A stretch of DNA of 64,000 nucleotides, from assembly GCA_023920165.1 (NCBI GenBank), contig CP089276.1:2790001-2854000 (forward strand), read 5' to 3'. Under the pieces are notes generated by a model, which saw only the letters and a list, made by a program, of their open reading frames with translations, made no database searches and was not told the DNA's origin. Below are positions 49,578 through 62,411 of this stretch, one piece after another (positions within the stretch are counted from its first letter, which is position 1; the number at the start of each line of letters is the position of its first letter). This stretch comes from Curvularia clavata (lineage: Eukaryota). Position numbers and translations under genes: made by a program.

Positions 49578-50811
49578 TGTGGCAGATGGTGTAGGCGGTG
49601 CTCAACAGGATCCGAGATGGGTGTGGTGCAGGGGAGACGCGAGGAAACGCGAGCGAGGATGCGATGACGTGACAGGCTGTCGTCCGTCAAAAGTTTTGGC
49701 CGCCGTCCGTCGCCGTCGATCCCTGGACGGGCGGAAAGGCGGAAAGATCCACGCTAGAGACGGGTCGCACGAGCCTCCAGCAACCTCAGGCTTGGCCCGG
49801 AACATTATCTTACAAACAAGCAAACACTGCGCCGGCTGCTAAAACAACGACAACAGGGGCCGCCTGCATTCGCATACTAACTAGCACTAGCTTTTAGGGC
49901 ACTATGTAATCATACACACACAAGGGACCGCCATTCGTCTCCACCCTTCCCGCCTATCCTCAGTCTCTCTCTCTGTCCCCATACGCAGTCGCCCCTGCTC
50001 TCGACGCCCAGTCTTGAAACAATGCGTCGCCATTGCGGCCCCTTACTCATATAAACGTAGACTGCCGTCGCTGTCACCCTAATCATGGCACATGCCAGCC
50101 AGAGACGGCGTGAAAAGGGGGAAGAGAGGTTCGACCAGATGCTTTTTGATCCCATCCATGCGCCTTGCACCATGCATACCCAGCCGTGAGCGTTCCAACG
50201 CCATCCAATCTCGCCAGATAACATTCTGCATTCCTCTTTTGTACCGTCCAGCCAACCATCATAGACTGGTAAAACAGACCCGCGGATACTGCTCCGACAA
50301 AACAAAACGCCATCAAAACAAACCCAAATTGTGCTTCATGTCAACCATACGTGCCACGGCGACGTAAGTTTCGCTGCATGGTGCACCACAGAATGAACAA
50401 TGTCATGTGAAAGAAAAAAAAACTAAAGAAAAATGAGTCCACGACACACAACACACACATGTAGTAGCTGCAGCTGCCTATGCGTGGCCGGTGGCAGTAC
50501 CACAGTAAAAGCTGTCAGGGATCGACATTCCAAATGCAGTAATACTCCAACCGTTTCACCGTGGCCAGCACCCCTATGTGTGATCAAACAATAGGTTCTC
50601 GGCTGTGTGTAGTGTAATTAGGCCAGCGCATGACATCGTCGGTCCGTGCGTCGTTCGTCCCCAACACAGAGCAAGTGCGGTGGGACAGGAGAGGGCTCCA
50701 TTGGGCTCGTCATGGTCAAGCGGATTGTCCTACGGTAAAAAAAAATAACAACAAGGCGGCCATGGAACCGAAAATCTTGATCTGTCTTGGACGTGAGAGC
50801 TGCTCGTGCTC

Positions 50812-53719
50812 TCAATACGTGTGTGTTTGGACGTCCGGATAGTAGCCACGGCTGCTTTCCATTCCTTGGAATCGCCCGCACACTCCCCCCTGCCACCCAG
50901 AACCTGGATATTCCTCCTTGACTCTGCGTTCCGATGGTGACGGTAGTGTGTTTTCCATCTTGGTGGGCATACTCCCCTCATAGATGGAAGCGGGGTAGTA
51001 TGAGTAGTCCTGTGGCGCGTCCATCATCTTGGCGTCGTTGTCTTCGACCATTTGAGAATCACCGACGATTCCCTGGATGGCACCCCCGCTCATCGAGCTC
51101 GCTGAGCTGATGGAGTGGCTACCCACTGGGCTCGGATCCAGCGAGTATGTGTTGCCTCGATACATGCTCCCACCCAGGCCAGTTGTACCGCTACCAGACA
51201 TGCCGTTGCCGTAGCCTGAATACGATGTCCGGCTGTGTGATCCCAGCCCATGATGGCCGCCGCCACCCAAGCCCGATCCAGGTGCACCTCTCGATGTGCT
51301 AGCATTGTGTGGGCCTTCATTCTGGTAGTGACTGGGTGATCGTCCACGGACTACGACTGGATGCGACAGGCGAGCAGCGATCTTGACCCACCGGGGCCCT
51401 TCATCGCGCGGATTCTGCACATTGGCCCAGAGTTCAACAATCAAATGATAATACTGCTGTTGTGCTCGACGCTTGCCGTTGTTGGCTGTTGCGGATTTGA
51501 ACTGGATGCGCTCAAACGAGTGTTGATAGTTGCTGTTTGCGTGGCTTGTCGGGGAGAATTGTTGCGACGAGTCATTTTCGTTCTGGAGAGGGAGTTGGGG
51601 GCCCGCTACAGCCGAAGATTGAGGAAAGCTATGTAGCGCATAAGCGCCGTGCTCGTGACTTTTCCCGGGTGGTGTTGGTGCCAGCAGCTCTTTCTTCATG
51701 GCGAGTTGGGGGCCCTTGTCACGCTTGGGAGTGTGCTGGATAAGCTCGATGGTTTTCCCAGAAGCTCCATCTACAGCAGCCGCAAGAGACACAGCCATTG
51801 ACTGTATTTGCTCTTGTTGTTTGCCATTATTCTGATCCAGGTAAAGGCGTGCGTTGGGAATCCAAGGTGAGAGTTGATATGATACATTGACAGAAAAGTA
51901 GTTCCGGCGATAGCAGGTCCATACATGGTCACCCGAGTAGAAGAAGCCCTTCTCGACCTTGGCATCAAGAGTTGGTGTCACCGCTGTACCTTCGCAGGTA
52001 ATAGTGCCCCAGGTCTCTTGTGCGTTGAAGGGTGGTGATTCAGGTGAGCCGGCTGGCGGCCCATAGGCACCTGCATGGTAGCCATTGTTGTAACTAGCCA
52101 ACGGCATCGTAGTCGGAAGAACGCTCCTAGGGGTGTCGGTCTGGGAGTTGTAGCGAGACAGATCGGAGTGAGGGGACAGGGTGTGTGAATATCTATGTAT
52201 GGCAGATGTCCCAGTCGTATAATTGTCTCTCGTAGATGGACCCATGGACGGTGACACAGAGTGGCCTAGACCTGGTGATCTCGCTGTAGGTAACATGGCC
52301 GTTGACGATGCATCATTTCTATCAGGTAGTAGTCAGCGGTCATGCATACGCGTCGGGTTCTACACACACACGAACTAGGCAAGTGCGCAGTCTTGAAATA
52401 CTTACAGTCGTCGAGTCGAGGACATGTCGCCGTAGCCACAGGCAGCGTTGAATGCTAAGGGGTAATGGCTGGGGTAGGTCGCTGACCCCGCTGGTGGGAA
52501 AGTTGCGTACGAGTATGCTAGTGCCGACGAAGCGTTTGAGCCAGGCGAAGTAGATATGGATGCAGACCCTGAATCAGAGAGAGCCGCACTGGGCTGATAG
52601 CTACAAGCACAAGTCAGTCTAATTCGCGAGACCAAGCGTTCGGCTAGAGTGATGCCAACGATAACTATGTGTAACCAAAGGGTAGGGTGGCACGGTATAA
52701 GTCGTCAAGCAGGCCAGGGGCGGTACGGTATTACCGCTAAGCTTGTCGTGTGATCAATACGACAGACCGGCCAGTTGGGAAGACCGAGTATGCCATGCAT
52801 CTGATACGTGTGCGACGGCGAGTATGATCAAGGCCATTGACAACGACGTGTTTGTTTCGGCGTAGGGGAAGGCTAGCCTTGGGCTGCTGCGGGCGAGAGA
52901 GGCGTCGAGGGATGCAGGCTGGGGGCCACAGGGCTAGGCAACACCACGGAGCCTGCCATGCCAGGCGGGAAGAAAGGAGCCAATGAGAGAGCAAATACTT
53001 ACGCACTGTCGGGACGATGTGTACCGTAGCAGCCTGCAATCGAGCCCTGGTGGATACCGGTCCCAGTGTGTGTTAGGACCGCTTCGCGCCTGAGCGGATC
53101 GGGTACGCTTGCGAACGAGTTATGGTGTGCATGCGCGCCGATATGATCGATGCATTCCTGCTCCGAAGGGAATGGGTTTTCCGATGTCAGTGGCAGCGGT
53201 GATTGCAGCACTGCTTATCCTGCACGTCAGCCAATCGATTTCCGCCAGAACAGTGGGCTTGTTGAACAAGACGTGTGACAACAACAGACAGCGTGGACCG
53301 GTGCGCACTGGAGCGTAGATGGAAGCACGTGTAAGACGCCGTCGCACACACGCGGCACAACGACCAGGTGGCAGGCCAAGCGGGTACAAAGCAGACAATG
53401 GGTATAGGGGGAAAAACTCCCCGAATCCTCAGTGTGCTGGAAGTGGGCAGAATGGTGGGAAGGGGAGAGAGAAGAGGTTATGCACTGGACGCGTTGTGGT
53501 GTAATATAAAAGTGGACGCAGGAATGTTGGGGCGAAGAAAGAGATGCGGAGAAGAGGCTGGAGTGTGCAGCGCTTAGAGTAAACAATCTAGGAAAAGGGA
53601 TGGGGTGATGGGTTTACGAGCTGATGAATTGGCGGGAGTTCTTTTATTTCAATAATTTTTTGGACATGGTAAAAGTGAGTTGTAAGTAGACGGAAATCTG
53701 ACTTACCTTGATTCATCAT
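50812..53719 (-). CDS. NDT80/PhoG-family transcription factor
   Basis: WTCYRRNYF, LIQHTPKRDKGP, FERIQFKSATANNGKRRAQQQYY and VVRGRSPSHY. Proposed exons 53719-53707, 53210-53003, 52600-52406 and 52318-50812 all join in frame. The upstream exons are less certain than the domain exon. Confidence 0.92.
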
Positions 53720-56700
53720 GGCAGGAGCAATCGACGCACCGCCTCTTTGCTATGGTCCGATACCGAGGAGCGCCTGTGGGAAGGCTGCGATCCTTGCAAG
53801 CGACTCAATCTAAGGCCGCCCTCAAATTCTGCACTGCGAACCCGACAGTTTGGGTCGAATTCAATGGCGCCGGCAGTGGCGAAAGGATTTGCTGCTGCTG
53901 ACAGATATCCGCTATGGCCGAACTGCTTCACACCGCAATCCAGGCTGCGGATCAGCCAAGCGAGTCAGCGGCCTGCCTAGCAGTTGGAATGGTAGGTTTC
54001 GGAGCGCCGGGGGCGGCTGCGAAAAGGGTTTCTGAAACGGGATGCTGGTGAAGACGGTCCAAGTCGTCTAGGGCCGCTGTTGGTTCGCTTCAGACAATCT
54101 CTCTGGTTTAGCCGGTACAAGGGTGGAAGGGATCCTCGATTAGCTGCCGCTGCGCTTTGCTAGGGGGCTGGTCAGGCTCCGTGTATGCTGATGCCCGGCC
54201 TCGAGAAAGAGAAGAGAAACCGTGCAGTGATTTTAAGAGCAGTTTTCGTAAGGCGTCCTTTTTCACCTGCACTTCGGATTTTCTGGATGACGTACGCGCC
54301 TGCTCGACTTGACCACGCTGATGCTGCAGCGCCTATGTCCGTTCGTCTCGAAGCTGCGTCTTGTCAATGCACTTGCCATGACAGCAGGGTGAGAAAAAAA
54401 AATGGATGGACTGACAGCGTTCGTATTGAGGACCGTGCAAATGCAGTGTGCGTGTCTGTGTGTTGATGTCACTGACAGCGGCTGCGCGACACCTTAAACC
54501 CTGGGAGTCAAACGGCTCGCCTCCACAGCGTGAAAGACCCACAGGTGCGCTTTGCTTCTTCCCGCCCTCTCCAAAGATTCGGGATCTCGAATCCAGAGCA
54601 CAGACAGGCAAGGATCAATAGCCCCGCCGTTGGGTGCAAGGAGCTTTTGCTTGTCACAAGAGGTGGTATGCGTTTCTTTCTGATGTTGTATGCTGCAGAC
54701 AGTCAGTCTGACAATGTCTGATCAAGGCTCATGCCGGCCACAAGGTTTCAAACCTACCAAGCTATGCAGCCTGTTTCCAAAAGAGATTATGTGGCGTCGT
54801 CTGATATTCAATCGTGGCTGCTCCGGCTAGGAATATCGTCCTTCTCGTCTGGGCGTGAGTGAAATTTGTTGTGCACAGCCAGGGCCAGGGCGATGGTCGT
54901 CTGTACCCGGGCCAAAGTTGAGGCTGTCGAGTTTGTGAGTTTGGCAAACAAGGGCAAAATGTCGCGGTCAAGTAGGAGTAGATGTGGGCCTGGGCTCAGT
55001 ATACGTGTGGTTTGTACGGTGTAAGGGTGGGAGCATATATGCCCTGTGCTCTGTATCGAGAGATTGATCTCTTGCTTTCAGGATGTTGCACAAGCTCACC
55101 AGGGTGGAGAGCCCCGTGATGTGTGAGGCTGGTAGGGTACCGGTTTCCGGTGTCAAGATAATGATCTGGAGAAGATTGCTAGAAAGAGTGGGTCCGGGGA
55201 AGTGAGTAGTGACGAGCAACATACGGTAGGATGAGGGCATATCAAAGGATACAAAAGAGCTGTCGAATAAGAGCGGGCAGTAAAAGTACTGTTGACAAGC
55301 AGACAACGCTACAGCTCGATATGGGGTAGACGCAGACTAGGGACATGGCGGAGCTGTTGGCTCAAAGAAGAAGTGCCTGCCAAGTGAGTATAGCCTCGAG
55401 GCAGGCATGCATGGGGGAGGGCATGCCCGGATCCAGATTCAGCCCCAACGCAAACCATCCGTATCGCTCAGGCAGACTGTAGCCGTTTTCTAGCACCACG
55501 GTAACCTTTGCAAACTGCAGCAACGAGCCTTTCCCGAAGCAGGGGCTGAATATCTCCGAGGTCAGGAAGAGATCCTGTACGGTCAAGGCCAGAACCATGG
55601 GCGCTCGAATAGATTTCTGATCCACGCTGGGCTTAACATTCCCTGCACGGGCAAGACAGGCTTTTGCTTTCTGACCCACCGGCGCAAGGCTCGTCGATTG
55701 GCTCGGCCAGCAAAGACATCACAGTCCCGTGCAGCGATGCAGGAACATTGAATACGACAGCATGCTCCGATCGGGGCCCGACTCGACACGACATGTGAAG
55801 GCCCGGACTGCCGGGTCGTTAGTGTTTCATGTCTGGACCAGCCGCTCAGCATAACCCACGGAGCAGACAGATGACCAGAGTTTGCTCTGGCCATGGCTCT
55901 GCTGGATTGGACCGTCCATTACGAGCGGCGTCCAGTGAGCGACAGGTGGTGGAGGGGGCCAAGTCCAGACGTAGCTAGAAGCGCCACGGGCCGACAGCCG
56001 CTGGCAGACGACAGGTCATCCCGGGGGTGAAGGGTGAGAGAGGGTACCAAGGAACAAGAGAAGCATTAGGCTCGACACCACCACCTGTCACAGAGAGGGA
56101 GCGAAGCGGCACTACTTGGCCTCGCTCGAGGGAGCCGCCTGAGGTGACTGAAGCCAGCGGCGAAATAGCTGCCACACTGATACACACACAGGCACGCACA
56201 CAGGCGCGCCCGGCGGGCGGGCGAAGTGCAGGTGTTGTTGCATTTGCCTCGACATTTGGGTTAGAGCATCGCATAGCGCCGTGATCCAGACTTGTAGATT
56301 CCAGCATCCGCTGCCCAGCACTCTCACACACACTCGCACGCACGCACACACAGTACCCATAGAGACACCACACACCACGCACACCAGGACCCGACAGGGC
56401 GGTCGACTGCGCAATGTTCCGAAAGTAGGCAGAGCCAGTGATTGCCTAGAGGCTATGCAGAAGGTCACGTACTGTCAGCGCGCGGGCTGCTCTTCGGGCT
56501 ACGGGACGAGGTGGGCGCGGCGAACGGCATATTGCAAGACTGGGGTATTGGCAGCATGGATGGCTAGGGGGGGCGCGTAGCTAAGGGTGGTCAGAGGGGC
56601 GCCGTCGGCCTCCGCGGCGGCGGTTCCATTGCGTTTTCGACATGACGGGGGGGTTGAAGGAGAGGGGGCGGGCGATGGACAAGGCAAGGCGTCGACCAAG

Positions 56701-56726
56701 GGCCCACGGGGGGAGAGGCGTGAGCT

Positions 56727-56754
56727 GCAGCAGCAGCGGCGGCGGCGGCGGCAG
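56727..56754. repeat. Short (GCA)n(GCG)n trinucleotide run in a GC-rich non-coding island
   Basis: gcagcagcagcggcggcggcggcggcag. Confidence 0.7.
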
Positions 56755-59700
56755 AAGCAAGGAATCGGGAAGGACCGCCCGGTGGTAACGTGCGTCTTCC
56801 CGCGGTTCTTCGTCCACCCCCGCCTACACCCGCCTCTTCCCGTTTTCGGTGCTAGCGCGCCTTGGCACCAGCCCACCGTCGCACGGCCGCCCTCTGCAAA
56901 CCTCCCCATACCAATCCCCCATCGTCATCGCTGCCCACGGCACGATAGCCTCGATAGCAAGGACTCGTCTTCTTGCTTCAAGACAGAGACAGCAAGCCAG
57001 AGAGAGACGATCAGCCCTCCGCGTGGGTTGACATCTCACTCCTTCCCTGCCCGGCCACATTCACCTGTCGGTCTCTTACATTGTCGCTGATCATGAGGCC
57101 CGATATGCCATGGGGTTTCCTGCTTCTCCGCGTTGTCCTGCTTTCCTTGAGGCCAAAGAGCCCATCCCCACGCTGATCTTCACTTTCCACGTCCCAATCA
57201 TCGTCATCTAACACTGTTTCCGAGGGCAGATGCAGAGGCAGGGCTGTCGCTTATTCCCCGACAAGCTGTACTTTGTGTCCACTCTCTCTGTAATTTCGGC
57301 ACTTGCCATGGCATACTACTGCATCCTAGCACGACAGCCGTTGAAGGGGCAGATGGAGATGGTGGCTGAGTAGACTCTGGACACTGCCGCTTCCAGAGAC
57401 TTCACAGTGCATCCGGAGCCCACCAAGCGCTCGACTGCCCTGCAGGGCGTCTACTCTCGACACACAATAGCCTGCAGCCTCCCGTCTATCCCGTAACACT
57501 CACGACCAGCAAAAGAGCCGTGGCCGTCATCGATAGATTCATGGCGACCTGCAGCCGCCTCAGATGCACCATCGGAAAGACCAAAACACTTGATAGACCC
57601 TTCTCGATTGTCTCAGCCGACTCGAAAAAGGCTCGGCGTTGCATGATTGCCACGCTGGCGCAGCAATTGTCTGCCGACTATTGCGTATGACGGGTTACAC
57701 CGGCAGTGTCAGTCCGGGTCTCCTGATCAAATCACTGCCAAAAGCGAAGTTCTGGCCTGAGTCGACGCTTGCTTCAACCCAAAGATACGTCTGTTTACAG
57801 CCGTACACGTTATCGAAATTGAGTGCAATGTCTATAAACAACAATCAGGCCAGACTTGCTTACCGCGCAACAACAAGGTACTATTGGATAGTCCATTTCG
57901 TAGATTTGTCAACTGAGCTCCAGGGTCCTGGCCACTGGATACGCCAATGCACATCATTCTTAGACGAAACATCTGCAACGACTGATGACTGCGTCGGTGC
58001 CAGCATGACCTCAACAGCCTTCCGTCGTTCAGCTAGCTTTCCTTCATTCCTGAGAGTGAGGCAGTAGCCAACTGATACCCAGCTTGCTTGTTATCCTGCA
58101 CACATACTATTCATTTCTACCTCATGCGCGAGCCAACACTACTATGCGCTTGTTGTACCCTCGGCGCATTCCTCGAACAGCCCATTTGACGCAGAGAGCA
58201 CGAGACTATAGTGGGCTTCGATTACAGGACGGCAACCAGCCTATGTGCGCGAACCACCCATCGTCTGCGGATGGAAGACTCGCACAGAGGACCCAGTGGA
58301 ACTGTTGAACCGGCACAGCTTACGCCAACGGCTACCCGAGTCGTGAGGAGACAAACATCCCGAACTTGATTCGACGCCTGGTTTGGAGACATTCGTGTGC
58401 CCTTTATTTGCGATGCCTATTGGTGTTTCGCAAGCCAACCGTCTGCACCACCAGAATGCAACGGCATCCATGCCGTCCACACATTTCAGACACTGAGGCT
58501 TGGATCGGCTCTTTGACTTTTTAGTATCACCTAGTTCCTACAATCGCTCCGTTAATGCAAACTGATATGGAATTTGGTTCGGTTGGCACCCACACGGCTC
58601 GGTAGCGAACATTGGCGTCGTACGGCGCGGCCGATGACGTCCGCACAAATCACGAAACAAACACCAAATACTTGGTCGATCGGTGACCCCGGGAGAATCC
58701 TAAAATCACTCTGTTTCTTTTTCATGGGAACATGCATACCTTGGATAGATAAATGTTAGGCTTGTGCCGATAAGATGCACAGGTAGCTTATACGATTGAA
58801 TGCGCAACTCTCGGCCTCGAGCATATGTCAGCCAAGGCACCACGACAATGGTCGCTCAGTCCGGCTCAGTTTTCTTTATTGAGTGGAGAACGTCTTGAAG
58901 CCCAATATGGTGTCCAAGTAGGCAACCTGTACCTGTAGCCTTGGGACGCTAATGCCAGTCACTGCCCAAGATCTACACGTACGACAAACCCACTCTATGA
59001 TCACGAAGCCGTCGGCAAAGCTCAAGAACGATTGGTCCGTGCGGATGTCGTGGAAGAAAACGATGCGGCTATGAATGGGGACAGCTGTTTTATTTCCAAA
59101 TCAAGATATCACCGGCCCAAATCGTTCATTACGCAATAGGATTAGCCACACGAGTCACATTCTTCTGTGATTCAGATCCAAACCTCAAAACGGGCTCTAA
59201 TGAGAACACAACACGAGAGCCGTCACAAGATGCGCCTGTTACCCCATACAAGTTTGAGAAACTAGATCCCATAATCTAGGGACGGACACTCAGCGACGCC
59301 ACAGTTCCGCGACATAGAGATGTTGTATTGATTCCGCAGCGCCAGCCCCGCCCTGAACGAGCATCCTCCTTGCTCAAGGTGGCTATCCAGTCGGCTTCGA
59401 ATATACCTATACAACGTAGCTGATTTGAATCATGACTAATGCTAAAATCACGCTGTTGCCGTCGGATATTTTCGTTGTCCACTCGTTGTTCAAGACATGC
59501 TGGAGAAAGGACTAGACTATGGCCCCCTGGAAGCTGCAGCTTGTCCGTGACTAGTGTCAGCTGAATACGACAGCTGGCACTAAACTTGCTGTCGAAGTAG
59601 TCGTAATCCCCCTGCTCCGGATTAGCCAAGGCAGCGGCTGCATCACTGAGACAAACGACAACGCATCTATTATCGGTCTTCCTGGACGATGCCCAAGGCT

Positions 59701-60575
59701 CATTTTCGAACCTGCGAGGAAACCCAGTCATCTCTCCGATGCAAGAGCGAACGGAAATGACTCCCGCACCATCATCTTTGCTCATGTCGGCACGCTTTGC
59801 GTTGAGGAGGGGGTTCGAATTCTGTCACCATGGCACTGGCCAGACCTTTCTTTAACTTTTGTGAGAAGTGACACCCGTAGCCTCAATCTAGCTCGGTGTT
59901 CCCGCTGACGCCAGCGCCGTAGAGACCCAGCCGTTTGACGTGTTGGGCATCCTCACATGGTGCAAGATCTCGTCATACTTTGCCTCTTGTGTACGACCTG
60001 ACTGAGGAAACTTGGACGGCAATCCGGCTCAATACCCATAAGATCAACAAGTCACGGGTGGTTTCAAGCGGCAAGGAAACCAATCACTCCAGAAAGGGGG
60101 CCGACGGGTAGCAAATTCTGTCAGTGACCTATGAAACATGCAGTTGTGACGCATGAACAAGAGCATAAGCAAGGCTTTGTATTGTAACTACTCATTCGCG
60201 TCATTCTTGTTTGCCTCTGGAAAATCTACAGGCTCGCAAATTTGGCCTCTGTACAGTCTAACGTTATGTCCCCTATTCTCCTGTTCTCTCCACTTCCTAT
60301 TTCTACTCTACTGATAGAAAATACACGAGATCCAGGGCATCCGTCTTTCCGAAACATCCACATGATCACGGTATCTCCCCCGCCTATCTACCTGCCTGCC
60401 TGCCGTGAGATCATCCTCTAGCGCCCCTCCACAACAGCACTGCATACGGACAAGGACCAGGGGCTAAGTCTATAAGGGAAAAGAAGAAGAAAAAAAATCA
60501 ATACGATAGATAATGCATGCCACGTCTGTCCACACAGCAGATAGCATCCCACATGCCTATTTGACAGTCACGTAT

Positions 60576-60746
60576 CTAAATAGAAATGTAGATGTGTATG
60601 GGCTGCCCAACAGGGTGTGGCCCAACGAGTGCGGCTTTGGAGTAGCGCTCGGGGTCTCCGTGGTGCCCCTTCCCGTCTTTCCTCGCTAGCGTGTCTACAG
60701 ATGTTTGAGGACTGCTTCTTTCTCGTGAGTTTCGTAACTTGGACAT
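60576..60746 (-). CDS. Candidate small protein (56 aa)
   Basis: TATA box at 60838-60846, C/A-rich leader, ATG at 60746 and TAG at 60576-60578. No recognised homology. Confidence 0.35.
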   Translation of the reverse strand: MSKLRNSRERSSPQTSVDTLARKDGKGHHGDPERYSKAALVGPHPVGQPIHIYISI

Positions 60747-62411
60747 GCGTCGTTGTGACGCTTTGACTGGTGTTATTTGTAGGTTGCTTGTGTATTGTTC
60801 TTGTGACCGTGAGCTGGTCTTTCATAGGGAGCAGGTCTATATATAAGCAACGAAAGGAAAAAGGGGGTGGCGGTTCGTGTCTTGCCTTTCCTATACCGCT
60901 TCTATGAAAGGATTGGGGTGGAAATGGGTTATGTATGTGTTTGGGTTTTCTGTGTTTGTTCGTCTCAAGTTTCTTGCAGGTCTGTTAGTCATATATTCCC
61001 TATAAATACACTGGCCGAAGAAATTCTCAGCCTCGTCGAAAGTTGAAGATGCCGCCACAAAGATTACATGATTGTGGGGAGTATGTGAGCGTGGGTTTGC
61101 AGCGTTGTGATAGTGATGAGATCGCTAGAGTGAGGGCTGTATGTAGAAATAGACATGGTGTTAAGTCTCGCATACAAGGTAAAGCGAGCTGTGTTTCTTA
61201 TCTTGCTGCAAGTTTGTGGCGGTGAAAGAGTAGGATATATGGTTTGGCAAGAGGATGTCAGATGGCAGGTGTTCAAAGTACTTCAACTTGGAAGCTGGAA
61301 CAAAAGAAAAGACAGTAGCACGTTTCTGCAGTAAGCGATACTTCAAGGCCAACGCCCTTGGAAACTCTGTCTGAACTATTAAAAGTTTTTGCCACATGTT
61401 TGATTAGTGGGATGCTTAGACTAGGATTGGGGAAACGAGCCGAGGATAAGAGTTCAGGGAATTAGGTTGATTTTCTGCACCTTCAATATCCCAATGAAAA
61501 TGTATTCTTCTTGGTTATTATAGTAATCTCTTTCAAACTCTACTAGAGGTTCATGCTTTCAGGTACTAATTACTAGGTAAACATTTAACGATATAAGAGC
61601 AGGTTAGTTTCAGCAAATACCCGTGGCGTAATTCTTATTCCCAAATTCTCCAATGTCAACGGCTTTGAACCCTTCGAATGTATACCTTTAATGTCCTCTT
61701 CCTTCCTTATATCAACTATCTCCCTATCCGGAACACCATTGGCCCCTCAAGGGCTGCCATTGGAGGCTGTCGTAAACATAGGAGGGAATCTCGACTTTAG
61801 AACCCGTCACATAATGACTTAGCCTGCTGTAAGACCACTGTTTCACCAATATGAAGCATTTTCGTCAACAGTTACCAGGAAATGGATCAAAAATATCCTA
61901 TGCACTCCAACACACTGATACTATAAATACAGTTCACCACATGACGTTAAACATATATAGGATCGTGTGGATTAGATGCATAGAGAAATCGCTTACCAAA
62001 TCTCTGTTCACTGGAAACTTCATTCAAGATAGTAACAAATATAGCCAAAAGCCGAATGAACATTTGCTGCATGCCGTTCGGAGTTCTTGGGAGAACGAAT
62101 GAGGTGAAATGAGGAAGCCTAGGAAGTTCGTTACCGGGACTTTTCAACAGTACAACACTGGTAGAATTTCTTTGTAAAAGCAGTAGACCAATAGCAAACA
62201 CTCCAAATATCGCCTGAAATTCCGTTTACAGCACATGCAAATCATTTGACTGAGTCTGTTCAGTTAGTTTTCGGAATGGTATATTGATCACATGACCATT
62301 CTTTGCAACTGTGATGTTGATGCCTAAACTTTGGGATTTTCACACCATAGTTCAAAACGACCTCATCTTCGAAAGCCTCACATTCGATACTCCAAGCCCA
62401 AACTCTGCATA

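Noticed and set aside
59276..59785. 169-aa minus-strand ORF
   Set aside because: No motif, splice structure or recognisable composition supports it.
59812..59822. GGTTCGAATTC resembling a tRNA T-loop/B box
   Set aside because: The T-stem does not pair, and no acceptor stem or D-arm can be drawn.
61621..62072. Possible RIP-decayed secreted-protein pseudogene (signal-like MFIRLLAIFVTIL, GTAAGC donor)
   Set aside because: Five stops in about 100 codons is what random AT-rich sequence gives, and no homology is recognisable.
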